A DNA stretch of 64,000 nt from Flavobacteriales bacterium (GCA_040377305.1 JBEIPA010000013.1:87093-151092), one strand, 5' to 3'. Counted from the stretch's first letter, positions 38,534 through 48,898 are shown. Made by a program: numbers and translations. Notes: generated by a model from the letters alone, not told the origin.

Positions 38534-39607
38534 ATGAAACGATTTCTTCTTTTTTCATTGGTAAATCTGGCGGTTGCTCCTTTGGTGTCGCAATCGAATT
38601 ACCAGATCAACAGCGACTCAACAGCGGTTCCGTTTTTGAGAATTTCTCCCGACTCTCGTGCTGGAGGAATGGGTGATGGAGGTGTCGCGTGTGCAGGTGA
38701 TCCCAATGCGATTCACTGGAACCTGGCGAACCTTGCTTTTGCGAAGAGAAAATTTGCGGTGGCTGTTTCTTATACGCCGTGGATGCGTGCACTCGTACCC
38801 GATTGCAATCTTGCATATCTGGGATTCTATGTGAAGCCCGACTCCATTTCTGCAATCGGTGTATCGCTTAGATATTTTTCATTCGGACAAATGACTACAC
38901 TTACACCGGGGATTGGTGCTTACGGACAATTCCGACCGAACGAGTATGCAGCAGACATAGGCTACACACGTAAACTCTCAGAACATTTCGCGGCGGGAAT
39001 CAGTGCTCGTTTGATCCAATCCAATTTGGTTGGTCCGGGCGTATTTGCGCTATCAATGATTAAGGGCATGGCATGCGCCGGCGACATCACCGCTGCATGG
39101 AAAGGAGATGCGATCGGAAGTGAATTCAGAAACATGAGACCTTCACTCGGACTTTCCATCTCGAACATCGGAACAAAGATGTGGTATCGCGATCGCGACT
39201 CAGCAGAATTTCTTCCAACGAATGCGCGTTTTGGAGGTGCATTGTTGTTTGTGATTGCACCTAATCATCAGTTCACATGGCAAGGTGAAGCAAACAAATT
39301 ACTTGTGCCTACTACAACGGTAAACACCACAAAGGAGAAGCTCGGACAAATAACACTCAGCAGCGGAATTGAATACATCTTCAAACAGAACTTCAAATTT
39401 CGCGGCGGATATTTCCACGAGTTTAGATCACACAGCGACAATCGCTACATGACCACAGGAGTCGGAATTGAGTATAGTGTGTTTCAACTGGATTTCGCGT
39501 ATCTGATTCCGGTGGGAAGAGTTCACAGTGCGCCGGAAGAAACAATTCGGTTTACGTTGTTGTTGAATTTTGATGTGCTTCGTCAGGCCAAACCAAAACG
39601 CAAATGA
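38534..39607 (+). CDS. PorV paralog 2
   Basis: TAVPFLRISPDSRAGGMG; SYTPWMRALVPD; NKLLVP; lacks the long NDAPGG loop. Confidence 0.9.
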   Translation: MKRFLLFSLVNLAVAPLVSQSNYQINSDSTAVPFLRISPDSRAGGMGDGGVACAGDPNAIHWNLANLAFAKRKFAVAVSYTPWMRALVPDCNLAYLGFYVKPDSISAIGVSLRYFSFGQMTTLTPGIGAYGQFRPNEYAADIGYTRKLSEHFAAGISARLIQSNLVGPGVFALSMIKGMACAGDITAAWKGDAIGSEFRNMRPSLGLSISNIGTKMWYRDRDSAEFLPTNARFGGALLFVIAPNHQFTWQGEANKLLVPTTTVNTTKEKLGQITLSSGIEYIFKQNFKFRGGYFHEFRSHSDNRYMTTGVGIEYSVFQLDFAYLIPVGRVHSAPEETIRFTLLLNFDVLRQAKPKRK

Positions 39608-40794
39608 AGAAACTGATTCTTGCAGTACTTTTTCCCGTTAGTCTTTACGCGCAAAGTCCCTATCCATTTTTCCCTACGATTGATGGGACCGAAATATTGG
39701 GACAAGTGAATGGCATACCGATAGCATTTCCTTTTCTGCGAATTGCACCCGATGCACGTGCAGGCGGGATGGGTGATGGAAGTGTTGCACTTTCCAACGA
39801 TGCGAACGCCATGTTTTGGAATCCGTCGCGACTAGCATTTAATAAAACGCGTTATGGTACTGCGGTAACGTGGAATCCATGGTTGCGTGCCTTGGTGCCT
39901 GATCTCAATCGTTTTTATGTTGCTGCATATTTCAAGCCCGATTCTGTTTCAGCAATAGGTGTTTCGTACACGTATATTTCCCTGGAATCTATAAGTGGGT
40001 ACATGTGGATACCGACTGAGCGAACCTGGGCCATGAGCACGGATGTTGCTTACTCAAGAAAGGTTCATAAGAATATTTCTGTAGGTCTTACCGGGCGATA
40101 TATCCAATCATCAAACTATCCCGTGTACGGGAACAGTAATCAGGCATTTGCTGCCGACATTGGTTTTTCATGGGTTGGGAATGAATTCGACTGTAAAAAC
40201 TGGAACGGACATCTTCAATCGGGTCTTGCAATTACGAATATGGGGCCGAAGTTATTGTATGATGCCGCCTGGGTACCAGATGACTTCCTTCCAACGAATC
40301 TCGCCCTTGCATTCGGAAGCGAGTTCGAAAAAAATGAGAAGCACTTCATCGCATTTCAGGTTGAATTGAACAAGCTGTTGGTTCCATCGCCACCGATATA
40401 TGCGATGGATGCCAGTGGAAATTATATTCCCGATGGTAACGGGGGGTACGTAATCGCATATGGTAAAGATCCGGACCGTTCGGCGTGGGACGGAATGATT
40501 GGTTCGTTCAACGATGCTCCGGGCGGTGCGAAGGAAGAGTTGCGGGAAATCTACGGTAGTGCAGGGGTGGAGTATGATTATAAGCGAATCGTAAAAGCGC
40601 GAGCCGGCGTTTTCTACGAGCATCAAACGAAAGGCGCGAGACAATATCTCACCTTCGGAGTAGGACTATGTTACAAGAATGTTGCGTTTGATGTGTCGTA
40701 TTTACATCCGGTGAATGCACAACGAAGTCCGCTGCAAAACACCCTGAAGTTCACGTTGCTCGTACACTGGAATAAGTTCAGCGCATCCAAATAA
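39604..40794 (+). CDS. PorV paralog 3
   Basis: PFLRIAPDARAGGMG; NKLLVPSPP; GSFNDAPGG; NAQRSPLQNTL. Confidence 0.9.
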   Translation: MKKLILAVLFPVSLYAQSPYPFFPTIDGTEILGQVNGIPIAFPFLRIAPDARAGGMGDGSVALSNDANAMFWNPSRLAFNKTRYGTAVTWNPWLRALVPDLNRFYVAAYFKPDSVSAIGVSYTYISLESISGYMWIPTERTWAMSTDVAYSRKVHKNISVGLTGRYIQSSNYPVYGNSNQAFAADIGFSWVGNEFDCKNWNGHLQSGLAITNMGPKLLYDAAWVPDDFLPTNLALAFGSEFEKNEKHFIAFQVELNKLLVPSPPIYAMDASGNYIPDGNGGYVIAYGKDPDRSAWDGMIGSFNDAPGGAKEELREIYGSAGVEYDYKRIVKARAGVFYEHQTKGARQYLTFGVGLCYKNVAFDVSYLHPVNAQRSPLQNTLKFTLLVHWNKFSASK

Positions 40795-40812
40795 GACGGT
40801 GACACTTGTTGC

Positions 40813-41277
40813 TTAATTTGCAAAGCAGACGTATGCGTTGAGCGAAACGGCAATGCACAACCAGAGTGCGTAAGGAGACATGAGCACGCCCTGTAGAGTT
40901 GAAGTTTTGAATCCGTTTCGTGTGAACACAAGTACTATTAGCAACAGAGCTACGATCACGATTAATGCAGCCCATGTAGCGTGCATATAAAAAAACACAA
41001 TGTTCCAGGAGATATTCAAAACCACCTGCGTGGTGTATAACACGATGTAGCGTGGAGTCAACTGTTTATTGTTCCAGACATTCGCCATGAAAAAACTGAA
41101 ACAAACCATAATGGAGAACCAGGCTAGTCCGAATACATATCCCGGAGGTGTCCACGGTGCTTTGTCGAGACTGGAATACCATGTTCCCTCAACAGCTGGT
41201 GTTGTGAACATGCTTCCAACGAACAGTGCTCCGAAATTGATCGCACCAAACATTAGCAGATGGAGAAAGTACTTCAT
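40813..41277 (-). CDS. TspO/MBR family protein
   Basis: WY..L.KAPWTPP; LNISWN..FF; PY..W..IA..LN. Confidence 0.92.
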   Translation of the reverse strand: MKYFLHLLMFGAINFGALFVGSMFTTPAVEGTWYSSLDKAPWTPPGYVFGLAWFSIMVCFSFFMANVWNNKQLTPRYIVLYTTQVVLNISWNIVFFYMHATWAALIVIVALLLIVLVFTRNGFKTSTLQGVLMSPYALWLCIAVSLNAYVCFAN

Positions 41278-41396
41278 GGTCGCACAAAGTTAGGGCTGTA
41301 GCCTGAACTTCATTGACGAAGGATCGACGAAAAACTGTTTAGCATCGAAATGTTCTGTGAATCGCAGCATTCCTAATGGTTTGCTACTTTTATGAC

Positions 41397-41879
41397 ATGG
41401 TACCAAACATCCGGATTGGAATGGGTTACGATGTTCACCGCTTGTCGGACGAACGCGAATTGTGGCTGGGCGGAATTTTGATTCCGGCAGAAAAAGGTTG
41501 CGACGGACATTCGGACGCGGATGTGTTGTTGCATGCGATTTGTGATGCGTTGCTCGGAGCTGCTGCATTGCGCGATATAGGATTTCATTTTCCGAATACA
41601 GATGACCAGTGGAAGGGAGCCGACAGTAAGAAATTGCTTGCTGAAGTTGTGCGATTAATTGGAGAGAAGGGTTGGAAAGTGGTAAACATTGATGCAACGC
41701 TTGCGATGGAAGCACCAAAGATTAATCCACACATTCCAAAAATGGTGGATGCAATTGCACCGCTACTCAATGTAGAGAAAGATTGTGTGTCGATTAAAGC
41801 GACAACGAATGAGAAGTTGGGGTATGTGGGAAGGGAAGATGGGGTGAATGCATGGGCTGTTGCTCTAATCGCGAAGTGA
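41397..41879 (+). CDS. ispF: 2-C-methyl-D-erythritol 2,4-cyclodiphosphate synthase
   Basis: RIGMGYDVH; GHSDADV; DIGFHFP; KATTNE.LG. Confidence 0.98.
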   Translation: MVPNIRIGMGYDVHRLSDERELWLGGILIPAEKGCDGHSDADVLLHAICDALLGAAALRDIGFHFPNTDDQWKGADSKKLLAEVVRLIGEKGWKVVNIDATLAMEAPKINPHIPKMVDAIAPLLNVEKDCVSIKATTNEKLGYVGREDGVNAWAVALIAK

Positions 41880-42075
41880 TTGGAACGCGGATTTTGATTC
41901 CCAGTAGTTGTTAGTCTGAATATGGATCAGTTCGGTGAATTGGAAATCCACGACTTCTGATCTAATGAGATAGACCTAAGTTTATCTCATAAAATCCGAT
42001 ACCCGGTTGTTCTATCTATCACAGTGATCCGGGGGAAAGATAGAAAACAACGGACATAAAAATCCGCGTTCCAAT
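41879..42075. repeat. Nested inverted-repeat element, family A copy 2
   Basis: Perfect 17-bp IR attggaacgcggatttt / aaaatccgcgttccaat; shares ttatctcataaaatcc and caacggacat with copy 1. Confidence 0.88.
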
Positions 42076-42077
42076 TC

Positions 42078-42755
42078 CTACAGGTTTATCGTATACTCAA
42101 GTCCCCAGATGAATAGGGATTGGCGATCGATGACGTTGACTTCTTTCTGTACTAAGAAGTACGTTCCAATTACATTGTGTTTGTTGATCTCGTAGTTGAC
42201 TCCTGCGAAATAACGTGCGCGATCAATTGTTTGGTGATATGGAATTCTCGGGTTTTGCAACTGCCAGCGAACTTCTGTTCCTACGTAAGGTTCGAGATCG
42301 TTTGTTGCTTTGTATTGGATCTTCACCTGGTTGCGCCAGAATATTTCCGGAATATTTCCGAATTCTCTTGAGTAGCCAACAGTTCTCCACTCGGCCTGAA
42401 AACGTGCACGGTAAGCAATGTTGAAATCACCCGGTTTTACTTTGAATGTGAGGTCAGTGAAAATCCGGTGTCGGATTCCCCACGTGAGATCTTCCTTGTG
42501 ACGATCGATAAAGCGATAAACAAGTGAAGCTTTGAAGTTGTCGCTGAACTTGTAACTCACTCCGACATTCGTGTACAACATGTGGAGAGTCGTCAGATTA
42601 TCGCGCAAACGCAATTCCTGATCGATGCCAACGGTGAATTTATCAGTAATGTCTTTGTTGACACTGAACGTATTCCACAACCCAAAGTCGCTGCGTTGTG
42701 CAGAAACAGTAACTGAAAAAAAGAAAGCGATGATTGGCAGAACACGCTTCATCAT
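42078..42755 (-). CDS. DUF2490 family outer-membrane beta-barrel
   Basis: Signal peptide; DFGLW; ELRLRDN; YRARFQ; PYVGTE. Confidence 0.8.
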   Translation of the reverse strand: MMKRVLPIIAFFFSVTVSAQRSDFGLWNTFSVNKDITDKFTVGIDQELRLRDNLTTLHMLYTNVGVSYKFSDNFKASLVYRFIDRHKEDLTWGIRHRIFTDLTFKVKPGDFNIAYRARFQAEWRTVGYSREFGNIPEIFWRNQVKIQYKATNDLEPYVGTEVRWQLQNPRIPYHQTIDRARYFAGVNYEINKHNVIGTYFLVQKEVNVIDRQSLFIWGLEYTINL

Positions 42756-43552
42756 ACATCCTGATTTTTGGCTCCGTGATAGTAGATCTTAACAGTAGCG
42801 GTATCGCGGAGGAAATCGACACGGCCGATGCTCACTTTGTGAATGTTTAATCCGGTACGTTTCTTCAGATCTTCTATCAGGTCTTCGTGGCGTTCCGGTT
42901 TGATCAGTTCAATGTTCTCGTACTGAACCGTTTTTACAAATTCAGTTTTCATGAGCACGTTTCCGTCAAGCGCGAATGCCGCAACAAGAATGATCGCGTT
43001 GATGATTGCAACTTCCAGTACACTTCCTTTGTTAACGGATGTCATAAGGCCCAATGCAATCACGATGAAGAGGTACGTCATGTCGCGGGCGGAAATATCT
43101 TCGGTACGGTAGCGCAAGAGCGAGAACACAGCGAACAATCCGAATGCAGCGCCTGTAGAGAATGCGCTTTTTCCGCTGAGCAACGTTGCGATAATGAATA
43201 TCGTGATGTTGAACATGTAGAACGTGAACATGTGATCGCTCCGGCGATAGACAGGATAATAGATGAATCGAATGAGAATGATCATCGAAAGAACGTCAAT
43301 CAACAAGCGAGTGAAAAACGATATATCGAATTTATCAAGTGCGAAGGAGAAGAATGGGACATCCACGTCTTTGTTCTTGTCTTTATCCTTGTCTTTGTCC
43401 TTGTCTTTATCCTCGTCGTCATCACTTGCAGTAATGGAAAGCAAAACAGGATTCACAGCCGCGTTCACATGCATTTGTGTGGCAGGAGCCAGAAGAAGAA
43501 GTACGGGCAGAACCCATTTAAGCAATGCGAGTCTCATTGAGAATTTTATCAA
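42752..43552 (-). CDS. DUF4956 family membrane protein
   Basis: GAAFGLFAVFSLLRYRT; DMTYLF; DLKKRTG; DFLRDTA. Confidence 0.9.
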   Translation of the reverse strand: MIKFSMRLALLKWVLPVLLLLAPATQMHVNAAVNPVLLSITASDDDEDKDKDKDKDKDKNKDVDVPFFSFALDKFDISFFTRLLIDVLSMIILIRFIYYPVYRRSDHMFTFYMFNITIFIIATLLSGKSAFSTGAAFGLFAVFSLLRYRTEDISARDMTYLFIVIALGLMTSVNKGSVLEVAIINAIILVAAFALDGNVLMKTEFVKTVQYENIELIKPERHEDLIEDLKKRTGLNIHKVSIGRVDFLRDTATVKIYYHGAKNQDV

Positions 43553-44300
43553 CGGTGAGTAATTTTTCTTTAAAATTATTTTGTTTCATGTCCGGAATGA
43601 GCTTGCTCACCGCCATACAGTATTTACTCATTCCTCCCTCGCGAATGTGCTTTTCTTTCAGCAGTTTCACGAATGGAGTATTCTGAACTTTCGACATTTT
43701 CGCTTCAACGATTACAAGTCCGTCGAATGCAAATGTGGAATCGTCATTTTTTACTTCCAGATCGAGGTCGATTGTTAGTCGTTCTTCTGCAAAGCGATTC
43801 ACCAGGGTGATCCGTGTGTAATTTACATACAGCTTCGGTTCGAGGTTCGCCGATTGCATACCGGTTTTCTCTTCCAGTAAAGTCTGTGCATTACCTGCAA
43901 TTTCTCCACCCTCATTTTTTTTCTTCACACGCGACTTGATCGTGCGGCCTTTGTTGTTCTTGTGTTTAACCTCAAAGAAATGCAGGTCAGACTCCACATA
44001 CTTTCTCGTACGAATCTTGAAACGCGTTGGCTTGCCCTTGTGGTGCGTTTTGTATAAATCATATCCGGGCGTGTCGTAGTACAAAGTTTCGTAACGACTC
44101 ATTCGTGTACCGCTAACTTCCAGTGTACGGTATGAATCACGGATATTGTCAAGCAGTTCAGGAAGATGATGAATACTGAAATTGAATTTCAGGTCGGTCC
44201 GATCCATCAGTTTCACCCCGTCCATTTCTTCGAGGGTGATCGGATCAAACCGGTCTAAAGCCGATTTTACATCAACAAGAAAATTCCTGCTAGTATCCAT
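43518..44300 (-). CDS. VTC (polyphosphate polymerase-like) domain protein
   Basis: LMDRTDLKF; YETLYYDT; KIRTRKY; FFEVK; ERLTID; IVEAK; SKYC. Confidence 0.9.
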   Translation of the reverse strand: MDTSRNFLVDVKSALDRFDPITLEEMDGVKLMDRTDLKFNFSIHHLPELLDNIRDSYRTLEVSGTRMSRYETLYYDTPGYDLYKTHHKGKPTRFKIRTRKYVESDLHFFEVKHKNNKGRTIKSRVKKKNEGGEIAGNAQTLLEEKTGMQSANLEPKLYVNYTRITLVNRFAEERLTIDLDLEVKNDDSTFAFDGLVIVEAKMSKVQNTPFVKLLKEKHIREGGMSKYCMAVSKLIPDMKQNNFKEKLLTVDKILNETRIA

Positions 44301-44877
44301 AAGTGTATTTCACCACTTTCTGAACCACGTCACCGGCGCCATAAGTAGTTTTGGAAATCTTCAATCCTTTCGCATCGTAACCGTATGCAATTTTCTTGAT
44401 GAGTGCACCTTTGCCATCGTAAACAACTTCGTACAATTTGTCTTTGTTCTTGTTGTAAGCGTAAGTGGTTTTCTTGATGAGGTTTCCTTTCTCATCGTAT
44501 TCAGCCTGTTCAATTTCATCTCCGTCCTTGTCGTACTTCCACGTTGTCTTCTTGTACGTTTTGCCGGCAGATGACGCGTCCTTGTCACCGCGCTCGTCCA
44601 CGATTTCTTCCGTTTTATTTTTTCCGGAATACTTCGTTGTTTCTTTTCGCTTCACCGATCCATCCTGATTGTACTCTGTATCTTCTGTTGTGTTTCCGTC
44701 TTTGTCGAATACACGGTAACCTGATTTGAAAGAGGTTTCCTTCCCGTTTTCGTAAACAGTTGTATTCTCGGTGCAGTTTTTCACTTTAAGCTCTTTCAGT
44801 AATTTTCTTGACTGAGCAGAAAGTGCGGTAACAGATAACAACGAAGCGGTAAGCAGGAGAATGATATTCTTCATCAC
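44290..44877 (-). CDS. Exported protein with YD-like beta-hairpin repeats
   Basis: Signal peptide; repeated YD.KG.LIKK..Y.Y. Confidence 0.7.
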   Translation of the reverse strand: MMKNIILLLTASLLSVTALSAQSRKLLKELKVKNCTENTTVYENGKETSFKSGYRVFDKDGNTTEDTEYNQDGSVKRKETTKYSGKNKTEEIVDERGDKDASSAGKTYKKTTWKYDKDGDEIEQAEYDEKGNLIKKTTYAYNKNKDKLYEVVYDGKGALIKKIAYGYDAKGLKISKTTYGAGDVVQKVVKYTYGY

Positions 44878-44880
44878 AAT

Positions 44881-45291
44881 TTATTTTTCAATTTCCAGTG
44901 TGCCCAAATCAATTTGCTGATTTTTTTCTGTTACATCAACGGTCAGTATCACTGCTGACTTACCGGAAGGTTCGCTGCAGTCATTTGAATAGGCGTATAT
45001 TTTGTAAGTGCCAACGCGCAGATAACGGAAGAGGAACGTGCCATCCGGGCCTGTACGTACGCGATCTCCGTAAGCCACTTCGTCACCATAGATGATATAT
45101 ACTTCTTCGTCCGGAACGAAATATTCGTCACCATTCGTAATAGCTATGCAATTAGAGTTCCAAACATTCGTAGCGTGAAGACGACCCTGAATGGAAGATT
45201 TTCCACCGGGTCCCGGGCCATTAGTACATGAAGAGAAAAGCGCAACCACCGTCAATGCGGCGAGCGCAAGTCGAAGTACTGATTTTTTCAT
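44881..45291 (-). CDS. Hypothetical lipoprotein (prealbumin-like fold possible)
   Basis: Lipobox FSSC; GPGGKSSI.G; TGPDGTF.F..L..G.Y. Confidence 0.75.
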   Translation of the reverse strand: MKKSVLRLALAALTVVALFSSCTNGPGPGGKSSIQGRLHATNVWNSNCIAITNGDEYFVPDEEVYIIYGDEVAYGDRVRTGPDGTFLFRYLRVGTYKIYAYSNDCSEPSGKSAVILTVDVTEKNQQIDLGTLEIEK

Positions 45292-45364
45292 AATTGGAGT
45301 GAATGTCAACGTTAAATTGTGATTAACGTAAAGTTACCTGCTTTTTTATATTTCCATACAGAAA

Positions 45365-46888
45365 TCAGGCGGACCGGCAGAATCTGGAGGAAAGTACCGC
45401 GCCACTGCTGTTTTTAAGCACGATGAAGTACACGCCCGCAGACAAATCGCTGACATCTAAAGAGAAACTTCGTGTTCCGTTCACGTGATTCTCAGATAGG
45501 ATTACACGTCCGGAATAGTCGAGTATTTCAGTGGTAAAATCGGAGTTTGACCACGTAGCCGGAGTTGAAATCCACAACACATCTGTAGCCGGATTCGGGA
45601 ATACGTGCAGTGTTTCATCCTCAATTGGAGCATCGTTAATGCCGACATAACATCCGTAAACTGCCAACTGCGTTTCAAGACTTGCACGACGAGCGGTAAT
45701 GAAATCTTTCAGTCCGAGAATGTTGCCGCCCATTGGTCCACTACCCGTGATGTCTGACGTTAGATTTGTTTCGAAATCGGCATTCGAATAGAACTTGTTC
45801 GGATCGGCGTACACATCCGTGCGTATCACATTCGCAACACTATCGATATATGGATCGAGGTATGTGTTCGTGAAATTCTGCATGAGCTGACAGTATGTGC
45901 TGATGTAAACCTGACGATATGTTGGATCAGCCATCATCTTCACAAACAGCGGACGATTGTTTGGTTGATTCACATAATCGAACTGAAGTGTTTTCAATTG
46001 TGTGGGAGTGAGGCCGAGGGTGAACGTTCCGAAAGTTTCATTCACATCCCATGGAATCCAGCGCCATTTCATCAGCGTTGAATCGTGATAGATGTAGTAG
46101 TTGTGTCCACTTCCGCAGTACGAATCCAGGTTGACGAAGATGTTGTTGATGGCGCAGTTCGCAAGGAAATCCCAACCGAACATACTGTCTTCAACAGAAG
46201 TATAGTAGGTTCCGGTTGGAGAATTGTTCACGGTGTTGATGAGATTCACAAGATCAGTCCAATCGTTTGTTGATGACTGATCGAGCTCATAGTGCGGAGT
46301 GTAAGAACTTACGCTTGAGCCGAACCATTTGAGATCGCCATGCGGATCGCCTTTGAACAGATTTCCATTGTTGTTACTGAAATGCTGATCAAGAAATTTG
46401 CTGTTCACATCTTCAACGAGTGTGAATAAACCCCAGTAAACGTTGTTGTAGTACACGCGTGCATAAGTACAACGCGGTGTGTGAATTCCATTGCGACGCA
46501 TGTAGTCCATCGTGAGTTTTTCCCGTATGAACGTAGGATCTTTGAACAGGTTGTTGAGATTGAATTTCTTGATGCCGTCGTAATCTTGTCCGGCAACAAA
46601 TTCGTTCAGATCAACTTTCATAGACTTCTTCTGACTTTGATTGTTGAAGGAAGAATTTCCCTTGAAACGAAGCCCGCATGAAGGCAACAACATCCCGTCG
46701 AAGGTCATGTCGCATTGAACGTAGTTACCCGTTGTGTGAGATTCCATCAGGGAATCGTAATAGCTCGTTTGTGAAAAGGTGAAATAGATATCGTGGATAA
46801 TTGGAAGTTCCCAGATACTGTCGCCATCGGCAGCGCGAAGATTGGGAAGGGAAAATAGAAGTGCGAGGGAAAGTAGCAGCTTTCGCAT
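45365..46888 (-). CDS. CotH kinase family protein with T9SS CTD
   Basis: GLRFKGNSS; KKSMK; DPTFIRE; YWGLFTLVE; NLDSY...HNYY.Y; IPWDVN; FPNPA CTD. Confidence 0.92.
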   Translation of the reverse strand: MRKLLLSLALLFSLPNLRAADGDSIWELPIIHDIYFTFSQTSYYDSLMESHTTGNYVQCDMTFDGMLLPSCGLRFKGNSSFNNQSQKKSMKVDLNEFVAGQDYDGIKKFNLNNLFKDPTFIREKLTMDYMRRNGIHTPRCTYARVYYNNVYWGLFTLVEDVNSKFLDQHFSNNNGNLFKGDPHGDLKWFGSSVSSYTPHYELDQSSTNDWTDLVNLINTVNNSPTGTYYTSVEDSMFGWDFLANCAINNIFVNLDSYCGSGHNYYIYHDSTLMKWRWIPWDVNETFGTFTLGLTPTQLKTLQFDYVNQPNNRPLFVKMMADPTYRQVYISTYCQLMQNFTNTYLDPYIDSVANVIRTDVYADPNKFYSNADFETNLTSDITGSGPMGGNILGLKDFITARRASLETQLAVYGCYVGINDAPIEDETLHVFPNPATDVLWISTPATWSNSDFTTEILDYSGRVILSENHVNGTRSFSLDVSDLSAGVYFIVLKNSSGAVLSSRFCRSA

Positions 46889-47069
46889 AAGAGGGGGTTT
46901 TGCTTTTGACGTTGCAATATACAGGAGGTTTAATCAATGTGCTAGTGGGTTAATATGCTAATCTGCTAAGGGGATTGTGGCTGCTTCGCCCGTGAGAACC
47001 AGGATCGTGGCTTTTATTTTGCCGCAGATTCACAGATTTCGCAGATTGAATGGTATATATTTGTTCAGA

Positions 47070-47558
47070 ATGAAAAAGCTCTCGATCACAAGTACAATTG
47101 AAGAATACGATTCATCGGCAGAATTGAATGCAGATGATCAGGCGTTGCTTGCGAAGGCGAAAGATGCTGGCAAAAATGCGTACGCGCCTTATTCGGCATT
47201 TCATGTGGGAGCTGCGTTGCGATTGGAGAACGGTGTAATTGTTACCGGAAATAATCAGGAGAATGTGGCGTACCCGTCTGGCTTGTGTGCGGAACGGGTT
47301 GCGATTTTTTCTGCGGGTGCAAACTATCCGAACGTAGCCGTGAACACGATTGCGATTACGTGTGCGTCAGCGAAATTTTCAGTGAATCGTCCGCTTTCTC
47401 CTTGTGGGGCGTGCAGACAAGTGATTGCCGAATACGAGCGCAAGGGTGGAAAAGATATTCGCATTATTCTCGCTGGTGAAACGGGCGCAGTTTATATTGT
47501 GAGTGCGATGAAAGATTTGCTTCCACTTTCGTTCGAAGCCGATGAGTTGAAAGCTTGA
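47070..47558 (+). CDS. cdd: Cytidine deaminase
   Basis: AYAPYS.FHVGAA; GNNQEN; LCAERVA; PCGACRQ; TATATTTG at 47056-47063. Confidence 0.97.
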   Translation: MKKLSITSTIEEYDSSAELNADDQALLAKAKDAGKNAYAPYSAFHVGAALRLENGVIVTGNNQENVAYPSGLCAERVAIFSAGANYPNVAVNTIAITCASAKFSVNRPLSPCGACRQVIAEYERKGGKDIRIILAGETGAVYIVSAMKDLLPLSFEADELKA

Positions 47559-47629
47559 TCGGCTCATCAAATAGCTTGCGGTTTTCCGCTTGAGAATCAA
47601 GAGAATACTTCATTTTCTAAACCGCTCAT

Positions 47630-47656
47630 GGGATTGCTTGGTGCCTCGCAATGACG
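47630..47656. repeat. CGTC-type REP-like element
   Basis: gggattgcttggtgcctcgcaatgacg; its reverse complement begins cgtcattgcgag. Confidence 0.55.
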
Positions 47657-47801
47657 TTACGCTATTTTGTGAGCCGTTCAAGCAAACCTTGCCGCAAGGA
47701 CTGTACGCTTTTTTGTTGAGGACAAAAAGCTGATTTTCAGCGTTCTGAGGAGGGAGTTTTACTCTTATCTTTACCTTCCAACTAACCGGTTTATTCACAC
47801 A

Positions 47802-48824
47802 ATGGCAACTAAGACGAAAGCGACTGAGAAGACGAAAACGCAATTCAGTAAAGAGACCTATCAGCAGTGGTATGAGTCAATGCTGCTGATGCGTCGTTTC
47901 GAAGAAAAGTGCGGTGAGATGTACATTGAACAAAAGATCCGCGGATTCTGTCACTTGTACAACGGACAGGAAGCACTTGTTGCAGGAGCGGAATCTGCAA
48001 TTACAAAAGACGACAGAGTAATTACTGCATATCGCGATCACGCGCATCCGATTGGGCGTGGCATGCATCCGAAATTTATTCTTGCTGAGCTTCTCGGAAA
48101 AAGTACCGGATGTTCGAAAGGAAAAGGGGGATCGATGCACTTGTTCTCGAAGGAATTTAATTTCTACGGTGGACATGGAATTGTTGGTGGACAAATTCCA
48201 CTCGGTGCAGGAATTGCATTCGCAGATATGTACAACAAGAATGGTCGTGTGACTTTGTGTTACATGGGTGACGGTGCAGTTCGTCAGGGCGCGCTTCACG
48301 AAACATTCAACATGGCGATGTTGTGGAAAATTCCGGTGATTTTCATTATCGAGAACAACAACTACGCCATGGGAACTTCAGTTCAGCGTACATCCAACGT
48401 TCACGAATTATACAAGCTGGGATTAGCTTACGATATGCCATCATTCCAGGTTGACGGAATGCGTTGCGAAACTGTACACAATGCAATTTCAGATGCAGCG
48501 AAACTTGCTCGTGCCGGAAACGGACCAACGCTACTTGAAATCAAAACGTATCGTTACCGCGGACATTCCATGTCTGATCCTGCGAAATACAGAACGAAAG
48601 AAGAGCTCGAGACTTACAAAGAACAAGATCCGATTTTGCAGTGTCTTTCTGTGATGATGGAGAATGGTTGGATTGACCAGGCAGGTGTTGATGCGATGGA
48701 GAAGAAGATCGATGACCTCGTGCAGGAATGCGTGAAGTTTGCGGAAGAGAGTCCTTTCCCGGAAGTGGATGAATTGTACAAAGACGTTTACGCAGAACCG
48801 AATTATCCTTTTATAATGGAGTAG
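47802..48824 (+). CDS. pdhA: Pyruvate dehydrogenase E1 alpha subunit
   Basis: GFCHLYNGQEA; YRDH; GGSMH; GDGA; TYRYRGHSMSDP. Confidence 0.98.
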   Translation: MATKTKATEKTKTQFSKETYQQWYESMLLMRRFEEKCGEMYIEQKIRGFCHLYNGQEALVAGAESAITKDDRVITAYRDHAHPIGRGMHPKFILAELLGKSTGCSKGKGGSMHLFSKEFNFYGGHGIVGGQIPLGAGIAFADMYNKNGRVTLCYMGDGAVRQGALHETFNMAMLWKIPVIFIIENNNYAMGTSVQRTSNVHELYKLGLAYDMPSFQVDGMRCETVHNAISDAAKLARAGNGPTLLEIKTYRYRGHSMSDPAKYRTKEELETYKEQDPILQCLSVMMENGWIDQAGVDAMEKKIDDLVQECVKFAEESPFPEVDELYKDVYAEPNYPFIME

Positions 48825-48826
48825 TT

Positions 48827-48898
48827 AAGTATATAAGTCAGTAAGTTGGCAAGTCGGCCACTTACTTGCCTACTTAATAACTTCATACTTATATACTT
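48827..48898. repeat. Inverted 8-mer arrays between pdhA and pdhC
   Basis: Perfect 12-bp IR aagtatataagt / acttatatactt with internal aagt/actt periodicity. Confidence 0.75.
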
